Of a stretch of DNA of 64,000 nt, positions 41,657 through 53,250 are shown piece by piece; the stretch's first letter is position 1; each line of letters opens with the position of its first letter. The stretch covers positions 496,001 to 560,000 of the forward strand of contig JAKIMF020000007.1 in NCBI GenBank assembly GCA_022605425.2, read 5' to 3'. The notes beneath the pieces were generated by a model, which made no database searches, was not told where the DNA came from, and saw only the letters and a list, made by a program, of their open reading frames with translations. The stretch comes from Hamiltosporidium tvaerminnensis FI-OER-3-3. Its lineage: Eukaryota; Fungi; Microsporidia. The position numbers and the translations under genes are program-made.

Positions 41657-42392
41657 GTGGAGTGGATAACCACATAAAAAACTTTCTGCTTGGCAATGAG
41701 TGTGAGAAACTGGTGTAAGGTCATTGTTTGAATTTTTGGTGGGAATACAACCACACTACATCTTCGGTTGTTCCATGGGAGTTGTTATGAAGAGGAGAGG
41801 TCTAAGAGATGGAGAAACTTTTTCTACAAATTTATTTGTAGTTTTTTATGTAACCAGATTGCAGACCGCAGCTGAACATGTAGGTAATTGCCATGTAAAA
41901 GCATAGAAACCTAGCCTTGCTCACTCAAATTAGAAAACATAGCACCCGGGAAATATAAAATAAACAAACCCCTTAAAAAGACAAGGAATACTAAGTAGCA
42001 TGTTATACCTGTTGGTATGAATTGCACTGTCTAGGTGGACCCCATGTAAATCTCTGAAATATATCTTAGCTAGAAGTTTATTGGGTTCAGAAAGTGTAGA
42101 GTAAGTGGGAATGCTGCAAAGTCTTGGGGGAGCCCAGGGGGGGGGCTTCGGCCTTCGATCACACTCCATGCAACGGACATTAACGAACTCCGGGCAACTG
42201 CCTCGCCTAGTAATTAGGTTCTACACACCTGGTCGATGAAATGCTTTGGGACGTAGGTATCGCAGGGGTTACCGATAGAGTGTTGAGATAGCAGTTATTT
42301 ATGTTAAACCTAGAATTGCGTTAATGTCATAAAAACAAATATAACACTTGCCAGTATTTTAAAAAGATGGGATACTTTAAATAAAGTTCTTT
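41657..42392 (+). mobile_element. ~730-bp non-coding structured retroposon, copy 1
   Basis: Highly similar to 42676-43403, GC-rich relative to flanks, own TSD TATCACAATATC (41643-41654, 42393-42404). Strand inferred from the AATAAA-like end. Confidence 0.8.
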
Positions 42393-42675
42393 TATCACAA
42401 TATCTATTGTATCATAATACATCATAATGTATTAGTTATTTCAATACTTATATAAATTGAACTTCTCTTTATTAAGAAAAAAAGTTTTTACTTCCCCAAT
42501 CTAAATAATTCCATTATATTATCCAAAACATAATTATAATTTATATATTTACAAAAGATTATGATAAATTATAAAAAAAGTAATTTAAACTCTTATTTTC
42601 CATTATTTCCTATTATTTACTAGATCATAGTATGCAATAGAAATCTAAATAATTTAATTTTATTTAAAAAACTTA

Positions 42676-43403
42676 GTGGAGGGAGGATAACCACATAAAA
42701 AACTTTCTGCTTGGCAATGAGTGTGTGAAACTGGTGTGAGGTCATTGTTTGGATTTTTGGTGGGAATAAAACCACACTACATCTTCGGTTGTTCAATGAG
42801 AGTTGTTATGAGGAGGAGAGGTCTAAGAAACGGAGAAACTTTTTCTACAAATTTATTTGTAGTTTTTTATGTAACCAGATTGCAGACCGCAGCTGAACAT
42901 GTAGGTAATCGCCATGTAAAAGCATGGAAACCTAGCCTTGCTCACTCGGGTTAGAAGACTTAGCGCCTGGGAGATATAAAAATAAAACCCATTAAAAGCC
43001 GGGAGAGCTAAGTAGCAGGTTATACCTGTTGGTATGACATTGCACTGTCTAGGTGGACCCCATGTAAGTCTCTGAAATATATCTTAGCTAGAAGTTTATT
43101 GGGTTCAGAAAGTGTAGAGTAAGTGGGAATGCTGCATAGTCTTGGGGGAGCCCAGGGAGGGCTTCGGCCTTCGATCACACTCCATGCAACGGACATTAAC
43201 GAACTCCGGGCAACTGCCTCGCCTATTAATTAGGTTCTACACACCTGATAGATGAAAGGCTTTGGGACGTAGGTATCGCAGGGGTTACCGATGGAGTGTT
43301 GGGGTAGCAGTTATTTATGTTAAACCTAGAACTGCGTTAATGTCATAAAAACAAATATAACACTTGCCACTATTTTAAAAAGATGTGATACTTTTAAATA
43401 AAG
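42676..43403 (+). mobile_element. ~730-bp non-coding structured retroposon, copy 2
   Basis: Same GTGGAG start and TTTAAATAAAG end as copy 1; own 13-bp TSD TTTAAAAAACTTA (42663-42675, 43404-43416). Confidence 0.85.
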
Positions 43404-43549
43404 TTTAAAAAACTTAAAAAGTAAAAAAAATATTTCTATTCTTATTATATACTATGATATATTAAAAGGTATTTTAACAAGACTTATTACAAAATATTAT
43501 TTTATACTAATTTAACACTTAAAAGTAAATATTTGTTTTTCACAAGCAA

Positions 43550-43810
43550 TACTAAATTAAAATAAATAATTAAGAGTATAAACTTAATAAATTAGCAAAT
43601 TATAAGTCAAAACCTTGATAAATTAATTAAATTAAAATAACTAATTAAAAGTATAGACCTTAATAAATATACTTAGTTAACTTAGTAATTAAACGTATAA
43701 ATCTTTATAAATTAACTAAATTAAATTTTTATAATTTAGAACCTTAAACTTGATAAATTAATATTTAAAAGTTCAAACCTTAATAAATTAACTAAATTAA
43801 ATTATTTATA
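43550..43810. repeat. Imperfect AT-rich tandem repeats
   Basis: Recurrent (A)CCTTAATAAATTAACTAAATTAAA-like units. Confidence 0.6.
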
Positions 43811-43844
43811 TAGTAAATCTAAAAAAAAAGCATTAATAATAATA

Positions 43845-44168
43845 CTCACTCCCTCTCCCTATACTAACCTAACTACTAATATCTGTTCTCATAGTAGAGT
43901 TCCTCTGTCCTATTACTAACGTTATACTTACCCTATACTAACCCCATACCCTCTCTATCACTACCCTCTATCCTCATAAGACAGTTTTGTTGCCCCTGTC
44001 CCTATACTATACCCATACCCTCTCTATCACTACCCCATTACCTCTCTATCACTACCCCTATCCTCATAGTACAGTTCGGTTGCTCCTGTCCCTATACTAA
44101 CCCCATACCCTCTCTATCACTACCCCTATCCTCATAGTACAGTTCTGTTGCCCCTGTCCCTATACTAA
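43845..44168 (-). repeat. Tandem reiterations (~68-90 bp) of the RPC1 3' coding end
   Basis: CCTGTCCCTATACTA...CCCATACCCTCTCTATCACTACCCC...CCTCATAGTACAGTT occurs three to four times across the stop codon. Confidence 0.9.
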
Positions 44169-47100
44169 TACCCCTCCCCATAATAATAGACTCACTAACA
44201 CCTAAAACAGAATCTACATTTCCATACAAAGCAGCCTCAAACAAATGATCACCCGTTTGTTCAAAAGAAGCCAACATAAGTGTAGAACACTTCATCTTAC
44301 TAATACCAAACCTAGTAATACCTAGAACTTCACCTCTATATGTCATAGTATCTGCTAATAACATAACATGTCTACAATCTATTTTCATACCATGTTTACT
44401 CATCGTATACTCAACTTCATTTATTATTGACTGTCTTGCTCCTTCTATACCTAACACACTCTGTATCTCCATTATATTGTTACTACTTGTTTTTGTACTG
44501 TCTACACCTATACTACCTAATACACCTAATAATCCATTACCTTCTACTAGTAACGTATAATTTATATTTTCTCCTTTATGTAACACCACTCTTTGAACAC
44601 TCTTTAACCCACATATCACTACATTACGAACAGATCTCTTAATATCCTTCATAAAGTAATAATCAGAGATATTATTATTATATGGTGTGTTAGTAAGAGG
44701 GTGTTGTTTATATGGTGTGCTACTAACAGGGTGATAATTAGTAGTACTGTTACTAAGACCCTGTTGTTTATTGGTAGTATAGTTAACACCCTGTTGTTTA
44801 TTAGTACTATAGTTAACACCCCCATAATTACCACTACTGTCATTAACACCCCCTCCTACTTTAACACTATTATACCTTCTACTAATACCCCTTCTTATAC
44901 TCATCACAATAACGCCCCCCTTTATATACACATACTCCTTTCCTACCTTTAACTCCTCACATATTCTATTCTTAATACTAACCATATCAATATCTAAACA
45001 TAATAATTTAATAGTATTTAAATTAACACCTATTTCTATACTTATTTCATATTTACCATATATTTCTTTTATATAGGTACATACATCTTTAAGACATACT
45101 CTTTCTAACCTACCTTTAACACACCTAGCAAGAAGTTCAGGGTTATTATTATGATTAGTGTTAACAGGGTGATGAGTATTATTGGTATTATTAACAGGGT
45201 GTAAGTTATTACTTTTATCATTATCACCCTCCTGTTTACTACTCTTATAACTAACACCCTTTATATTACTATCCTTATCATTATCACCCTCCTGTTTACT
45301 ACTCTTATAACTAACACCCTCTACCATACTACCTCTATTACTAACACCCTCCTGTTTACTACTCTTATAACTAACACCCTCCTGTTTACTACTCTTATAA
45401 CTAACACCCTCTACCATACTACCTCTGTTACTAACACCCTCTACCATACTACTCTTATTACTAACACCCTCTAACATATTCTTACCCTCTTCCCCACTCT
45501 CTTGTTTACTAACACCCCCTTTACTCTCTACCACCCCCTTTATCCTTGTATTAATAATAGGTGTACTTATATTAACAGTAGCATTAATAATCTCTTTAAG
45601 TCTAGGAACACCAAGTGTTATATTCATACTAGCAACACCTGCAAAATGAAAAGTTTTAAGTGTCATCTGTGTACCAGGTTCTCCTATACTTTGACCTGCT
45701 AATGCACCTACAGCAGTACCAGGTTGTATTATACAATCATAATATCTATTAAGTACCCTAGAAGTAAACAAAGCAGCAAAGGTAGTAGTAATAGTGTTAT
45801 TGTTGTTAGTATTGTTATTGTTGTTAGTATTAGTAGTGTTGTTAGTGTTTATGTAACCGTTACTATCACCCTTATAATCATTACCCTTATCACTATCACC
45901 CCTACCCTTACTACCTCTATCCAACCTATTACCCTTACTATCACTGTTACTCTCAACTAGCTTTATATGCTTACCCTTTATAAATATAGTATCTCCTTCT
46001 TTACCCTTTAAAAAGGTATTTATTTTACTAAGAATAGTAGTGTTAGTAATAATATTAGTATTATGTATGTTGTTAGTATTAGTATTAGTATTATGTATGT
46101 TGTTATTGTTACTATATAACCTAATATCATATAACCTATTACTCTCTAACACACTACTCTCTAATACATCACCCTTTACTCCTAACATACTACTCTCTAA
46201 CACACCACCCTCTAATACATCACCCTTTACTCCTAACACACTACTCTCTAACACACCACCCTTTACTCCTAACATACTACTCTCTAATACACCACCCTCT
46301 ACTCCTAATACACCACCCTCTAATACACCACCCTCTAATACACCACCCTCTAATACACCACCCTCTAACACACTACTCTCTAATACACTACCCTCTACTC
46401 CTAACATACTATACTCCCTTATAATCTCCCCCTTTACTTCCCTGTATACCTTTTCTAAGTCAACAACACTACTCTCTTCTTCTACCAAACAAGGATCTAT
46501 ACAATCATCTCCATAAACAAACTGTACTACTTCATTACAAGAATTTCTAACACTATAATCATACTGTACAGATAAATCTTCTAAAGCTTTCATAAGTCTT
46601 CTTTGCATATATCCTGTTTCTGCAGTTTTAACAGCTGTATCTACAAGACCTTCTCTTCCAGAAACAGCATGAAAAAAGAATTCTATAGGATTTAAACCTG
46701 TAAAGAAAGAAGAACTAACAAATCCTTTACTTTGTGGTATAAGAGTCATTGGAGTGAAATGTGGTAAACTTCTTTTATAGAAACCGTTAGGTATACGATT
46801 ACCACTTATTATTTGTTGTCCTACACATGCTATCATCTGAGATACGTTTATTTTTGAACCTTTTGAACCACATGCTTGCATTATAAGAGGTGAATTCTTC
46901 TTGTTAAGTTCTTTTATACAAATGTTACCACATTTTTCTCTTATTTTACTTAAAATGCCAGATATGTTATTTTCAATGAATGTATTGTTATTTGTAATGG
47001 TTGTATTGTTATTAGTGGGTGTGATAGAGGGTGTGTTGGTTGTATTGTTAGTACTGTTATTATCACCCTTATAATTACCACTATTGTTATCACCCTGTTG

Positions 47101-50100
47101 TTCCTTATCCTTATAGTTATCACCCTGTTGTTTATTACTCTTATTACTATCACCCTTATAATTATTAGTACTGTCATTAATAGGGTGTAAAGTATTAGTA
47201 CTTATGTTATCACCCTTATAATTATTAGTACTTATGTTATCACCCTTATAATTATTAGTACTTATGTTATCACCCTTATAATTATTAGTACTTATGTTAT
47301 CACCCTTATAATTATTAGTACTTATGTTATCACCCTTATAATTATTAGTACTGTCATTAATAGGGTGTAAAGTATTAGTACTGTTATTATCACCCTTATA
47401 ATTATTAGTACTGTCATTAATAGGGTGTAAAGTATTAGTACTTATGTTATCACCCTGTTGTTCATTAGTACTGTTATTAACACTCTGTTGCTCCTTATCC
47501 TTATAGTTATCACCCTGTTGTTTACTACTAGTCTTACTATCACCCTTATAATAACTACTAGTCTTACTATCACCCTTATAATTACTACTAGTCTCACCTT
47601 CACCCCCCTCTAACACCCCCTCACCTAACACCCCCTCACCTAACACCCCCTCACCCTCTATACCCCCCTCCAATACACCACCCTCTATTATCCTTCTACA
47701 CTCTTCATACCCTTTCTTTACTATTTCATTCTTCTTCTTCTGTAAAATAACACTAGGATACACATCATCAATACCAATAGAAAACCCTATCTCCCCAATA
47801 TATCTACTACATAACCTAGATATACTATTCATAGCTCTTACACTACATATATTACTTATACACATTAATTTATACAAAATACTATTTTTCTTATTTTCAT
47901 TTCCTATTATTGATTTATCTAATTGTCCATATAAATAATAATTATTTTTAAATATTACTATACATTCATTATAAGTGTTATAAGTATATTCTTCTTTAAT
48001 ACATTCTTTATTCCTAGCATAAATATTTAGAAGGGTAGTATGTATGGTGTTAGTATGTATGGTATTAGTATGTATGGTATTAGTATGTATGGTATTAGTA
48101 TGTATGGTGTTAGTAGTATTGTTAGTATGTATGGTATTGTTATTGGTATGTGGGTGGGTAGTGTTAGTAGATATACTGTTAGTAGATATACTGTTATTAG
48201 ATATACTGTTATTAGATATACTGTTATTAGATATAGTATTGTTAGATATACTGTTATTAGATATAGTATTGTTAGATCTACTGTTATTACTATCACCCTT
48301 ATACATACTACTATTATCACCCTTATATATACTATTACCCCTATATATACTATTACTATCCCTCTTACTACTCTTATCCCTCTTACTACTATCACCCTCA
48401 CTATCACCCCCATTACTATATCTACTGTTGTTAGTATAAGGTGCTAGTGAGTCTTCTATTAGTATTTGTATTACTTGTTTACCTGTGTAAAGAGGAATAG
48501 GACGTAGTATTGTAGGGGGAAGAGTATAACGAGAGGTAGAGAAAGTAGTATAAGTAGTATTGTTAGTAGTAGTGTTAGTAGTAGTAGTGTTAGTAGTGTT
48601 GTTGTTAGTAGTATTGTTGTTAGTAGTATAAGGGTTCTTAGTATTACTTATGTCTTTACTACTATCCCGTTTACTAGTATTACCCTTATTACTACTACTA
48701 TCTCTACTACCTATATCCCTAGTATTACTTATATCCCTAGTATTACCCTTATTACTACTACTATCTCTACTACCTATATCCCTACTACTACCTATATCCC
48801 CCTCTAACATATCACTGTCCCCCTCGGTGTTTGGGGACCCGAGGAAGTAACAGATTAATTGAGAAAATCTTTGTTTTGTAAAGAATCTATCTTTACTTGT
48901 AAGTAAATAAGAAGCAGTAATAAAATCTTGTGTAGCTGCAACAAGAGGTTCTCCATTACGTGGTGTAACAATATTATTTCTTACTCGCATAAGTGTATGT
49001 GCTTCTGATTGTGCTTGTAGTGTTTGTGGGACATGTATGTTCATTTCATCTCCATCGAAGTCTGCATTATAAGGTGTACAGACACATTCATTAAATCTAA
49101 GTGTCTTATACGGCATAACTTTAACATGATGTGCCATTATAGAGAGTCTATGTAATGATGGTTGGCGGTTGAAAAGTACTATGTCTCCGTTTTGTAAGTG
49201 TCTTTCTACAATATCTCCTGGAAAAATATTTTCTGATATTTTTTTTCTGTCTCCATACTGTAAAAACCTTTTAAATTCTGTTTTTTTATTGTAAATATAA
49301 TTTGCACCGGGATGTGTGTGTGGACCTTTTATTATTAGTGATTTGAGGTGTTGTATGTTGTATTTGGTTACTGTTTCAGGAATAGTGAGTGTTTTTGCCA
49401 TTTGTATTGGAATACCTACTTGTTCTATGGAAAGATTAGGATCTGGAGATATAACAGTTCTACCTGTGAAATCTACACGTTTACCTGATAAATTACCTCT
49501 AAATCTTCCATGTTTTCCTTTAAGTCGTTGTATTAAACCACGTATCGGTTTAATCTGAGTATTGTTTGAAATTCCAGGTAAATCAGAATTTATAAGAAGA
49601 GAGACTTGTAGTTGTAAGAAATCCCAGTCTTCACTTATAATAGAGAGTTGGTTACCTTTTTGTAAACCTTTTATAAGTACCTGGTTGGTATGTATTATTT
49701 CACTTAATTTTACTGTTAAATCATCTTCATTTGAACCGTTTTCTGTTTCTGTAGCAACTGATGGTCTAATACATGCTGGTGGTATAAGTATGGTTTGTAT
49801 AAGTAAGTCTTTGGGTGGAAATGAAATACCAAGAAGGTTTGTGTCAGAAAGTGGTATTTTTTTAAAAAGATTTAATACTGTTTGTGGGTTTAATTCTTCT
49901 TTTATTTTTTCTTTTGTATTTTCTTTTGTATTTGTGGTTTTTAAAGTTTTATTTTTTTGTAAAGAATTAGTTTCTAAAATATTATTTTCTAATGAATTAT
50001 TCCCATATGAATTATTTACATATGAATTATCCCTCAGTAGATAATAAATTATTTACAATCTTATCAGAATTATTTCTACTCATAGATAATAAATTATTTC

Positions 50101-50729
50101 CATATGAACTATTCCCATATGAATTATCCCTCGTAGATAACTTATTATTTACATCCCTATATGAATTATTTCCTTCTAAATCTTTAAATATTACATTTTT
50201 TTCGTGATATAATTTAAACCCTGTTCCTTTCTTAATATTACCAGTTAATATATTCACAGATATAACATTTATGGAATTTTTTACATTCTTCCATAATTTT
50301 TTTAAGAATATTTTTATAAAAAATAATATTATTTCTAAGTGATTGTACTTTTTGAGTGTAAAAATGTTTTTTTAATGGAGAAAGAAGTATATTACCACAG
50401 TTTTTACATATACATTGTAATATATGACATGTGTGTTTAAAGAATCCTATATGGAATACTGGAAGTATTAATTCGTAAGAACCGAAATGACCAGCACAGT
50501 CTTTTATTGATTGGTTGCATGTAGAACACGTACCGGTTTTGTTGCTTATACCTAAACGTGTGTCTAATACACCGTTGGGCATTGGTTGTTTTGTGGTTGA
50601 GTCGTACATTTCTTTTTTTGTGAGTTTGAGAACTGAAAGACGGTTTATTTGGTCGGTGGAAAATATTTTAAATTTAATTTCTTTTATTTTTGTTGAGGTT
50701 GTGTTGTATGAAGATAATGTTTTTTTCAT
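44092..50729 (-). CDS. RPC1: DNA-directed RNA polymerase III largest subunit (~2211 aa after removing two single-base insertions at 50243 and 50036)
   Basis: CSTC..C.GHFG Zn site, RLKGKHGRFRGNLSGKRVDF, catalytic YNADFDGDEMN, GREGLVDTAVKTAETGY. Pol III-type TLKTFHFAGVASMNITLGVPR and GITRFGISKMK..LASFE.T.DHLF. No CTD heptads. The span of 6638 nt minus 2 gives 2212 codons. Confidence 0.93.
47190..47450 (-). repeat. 30-bp coding minisatellite (GDNISTNNYK)n inside RPC1
   Basis: TTATCACCCTTATAATTATTAGTACTTATG occurs about five times, plus variant units encoding TLHPINDS. Confidence 0.95.
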
Positions 50730-50844
50730 GGTGGGAAGGGTTTTTGTTTGTATTTAAATGGGGAAATGTTTTTTTAAAAATTGTGTTTTTTTTTAAAAAA
50801 TACTGGTTTTTTTTAGAAATTTAGATTATGGGTTTGATAGAGAT

Positions 50845-51070
50845 ATCTTACATCTTACTTCTTACTTCTTTCTTCTTACTTTATATTTTATTATCTTACT
50901 TCTTACTTATTACTTCTTACTTTGTATTTCATTTATATTTCTTCTTTCTTCTTACTTATTACTTATTACTTATTACTTCTTACTTCTTACTTCTTACTTA
51001 TTACTTATTACTTATTACTTCTTACTTATTACTTATTACTTCTTACTTCTTACTTCTTACTTCTTACTTT
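50845..51070. repeat. (CTTA/CTT/TTA) compound microsatellite upstream of RPC1
   Basis: TTACTTCTTACTTATTACTT reiterations. Confidence 0.9.
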
Positions 51071-51344
51071 GTATTTCATGTATCTTTTCTTTCATTTATT
51101 TCTTTTATACACTTTTATATTTCTTTAATAAGTTTCTTTATTGGTTTTTTTAAAAAAGACTTTATTTTTATATTTAATTTAAAATATATTTTTAATTTAT
51201 TTAATATAAAAAAATCTATAAAAAAGTAATTTTACTTATGTTTTATTTCATTGTTTTTAGATAAATATATTTCTTAAATTATATTAAATGTACTTTATAT
51301 TAATTTGTATATTGAAGGTGGATTTGTAATTTTGTATTATTTTT

Positions 51345-51595
51345 GAGAATTTTAGAATTATAATAAGAATTATAATACTTTTGGTTTATATCTTTATGGT
51401 CTGATATGTAGAATTATAATAAGAATAAGAATTATAATACTTTTAGTTTATATCTTTATGGTTTCTATGAGTTATTTATACTAAGAATTATAAGACTTTT
51501 GGTTTATATCTTTATGGTGTGATATGTAGAATTATAAGACTTTTGGTTTATATCTTTATGGTGTGATATGAGTTATTTATAGTTAAGAATTAGTG
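51345..51595. repeat. Tandem ~50-60 bp repeats
   Basis: AGAATTATAA(T/G)ACTTTTGGTTTATATCTTTATGGT occurs four times. Confidence 0.9.
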
Positions 51596-51639
51596 TTTTA
51601 TTACTTCCTTTTCGTGTGACATAATATTTTGAGTTATCT

Positions 51640-53250
51640 CGACAATAATGTATTTTCTCTTATTCTTAATTTACTTTCTTTAATCAAAGAAAATTATTTA
51701 GATTGGATTTACAGAGACTATCGACTGAATATATCTTTATTTTTGATTGTATTCTGTTCTTGATAAGGTAAATGATAAATTATTTTGTCATTGTGAATCG
51801 TTTTCTTTAAATATAAAAATGATTTTAGTAGTATATTTATCGGGAAGATACAATTATTTTGAAAAGTAGTAATTACAGCTTTAAATATAAAAATGATTTT
51901 AGTAGTATATTTATCAGTAAGATACAATTATTTTGAAAAGTAGTAATTACAGCTTTTATCTTTAAAAAAAGTAGAAGAATCTTAGAATGTAATTCTGAGT
52001 TAAATATTCGCTATAATTCCACATTTTATTAATTAAGGATAAAGATATAGGAGATTACTATTGCTAATTATCACATCTTTTTTGTTCTAATGTCTAAATA
52101 TTTTACTATTTAATGTTGATTCATTTGAAAAAAAAATTGATTCATTTGAAAAAAAAAGGTTTTATTTATAAAAACCTGAATATTAATCTTATAAATCATC
52201 TTTACTCCTGTTATTGTCATATACCAATGTTTTTTGTATCTAATATCAATTTTTAGATTTATATTTCTGTGATTTTACGGTTCAATCTGTATTTCTGCTT
52301 TTAAAATTACCGGCTGATATAAACTTTGAACTGTAAACCTTTGGTTACAGCAGCATTACATTATTACTATATTCAAATGAATTATTAAGCTAAAAAAAAC
52401 TCGTGGATACAAGATTTTGTATTCCACAAATGTCTAATTTTGCCTGTTGTTCGTTATATAAAGATAAAGGTCTGTTTTTACAAGTTCACTCTAATTAGAA
52501 CTATATCAAGTCTCAGATTTACACTACAACGTTTTTTTTAAAGCTTCTTATAATTTTTATTAAAGAAATTTTTCTTTCCTTATAATTCTTCAGTTATTTT
52601 AGCAATATTTTCTTATCTTTATTAAGAAAGTCAAAGATTAACAAATCAATATATTTCCTCAACAGTTCATCAAAGTATAAACATTTTTTCGAAAATGAAG
52701 CTAAATAAAAATACTTTTCAATAAAGATTTTCTATTTACATTGTGTTAGAATTATAACAGGAGAAAATTATTGATATAATCTAAACAATCAATCTTTTTA
52801 AAGATTAATTTTTTTCTTATAATATGAGTTTTATTAAAAAAATGTATTACATTATCATGTTTCATCATTTATATTGAATCACTCATATAATATTCAAATA
52901 TTATTTGCTAGAATAAAAATATTTAATGTAATTTCTTTAATACAGGATAATATATTGTCTTTTTTTCGTTTTACTCGATATGTTCTTATTATTGTAACTA
53001 CGATGTTTAAATATTTAGAAAAGTATTTGAATTTAAATTGTATTTTAGACTTTTTAATATAGATAATCATAAATTATCTTAACTGATAAACCACGTTTCT
53101 TTACATTTGAATCAATTCATTCTTTTTCATAAGAAATATGAATAACTGAGGATTTAATAATATGTAAAAGGAGATAAACTTTTATATTTTTACTTTCTTC
53201 AAATATTTATTTAGATTTTCCTTACAATTAAATCTTAGAAATAAAAATCA
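51640..53250 (-). pseudogene. Eroded LRR-like lineage-specific gene remnant with an internal ~75-bp duplication (51810-51955)
   Basis: Fragmented coding-like minus-strand sequence similar in composition to 24382-26695. Confidence 0.25.

Noticed and set aside
41724-42954. Small ORFs inside the 730-bp repeats
   Set aside because: They are short, have non-ATG or differing starts and differing stops between copies, and contain no domain.
41657-43403. The 730-bp unit as an snRNA, telomerase RNA, RNase P/MRP RNA, hammerhead or HDV-like ribozyme
   Set aside because: An Sm-like RATTTTTGG plus hairpin is present, but there are no U1/U2/U4/U5 signatures and no telomere-like template conserved in both copies. 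CTGATAGATGAAA is not a proper hammerhead core and differs in copy 1. Trial HDV folds were not supported by both copies. The TSDs favour a mobile element.
41657-43403. The two units as LTRs of a TRIM or LTR element
   Set aside because: No TG...CA termini, PBS or PPT, and each unit has its own distinct long TSD.
44668-48838. Inteins in RPC1
   Set aside because: The inserts are low-complexity repeats lacking intein splicing blocks (N-terminal C/S block, terminal HN followed by C/S/T) or homing-endonuclease motifs.
50030-50250. Short spliceosomal introns as the cause of the RPC1 frame breaks
   Set aside because: Deleting one base restores conserved or paralogous sequence at each site, and no convincing GTAAGT...AG intron spans them.
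44427-50757. Many + strand and alternative-frame ORFs over RPC1 (e.g. 46040-46516, 48040-48447, 49562-50044)
   Set aside because: They are shadows of the RPC1 frame and its triplet-periodic repeats, with no independent coding signal.
50828-51229. Hydrophobic 133-aa 'membrane protein' ORF
   Set aside because: It is a translation of the CTTA microsatellite.
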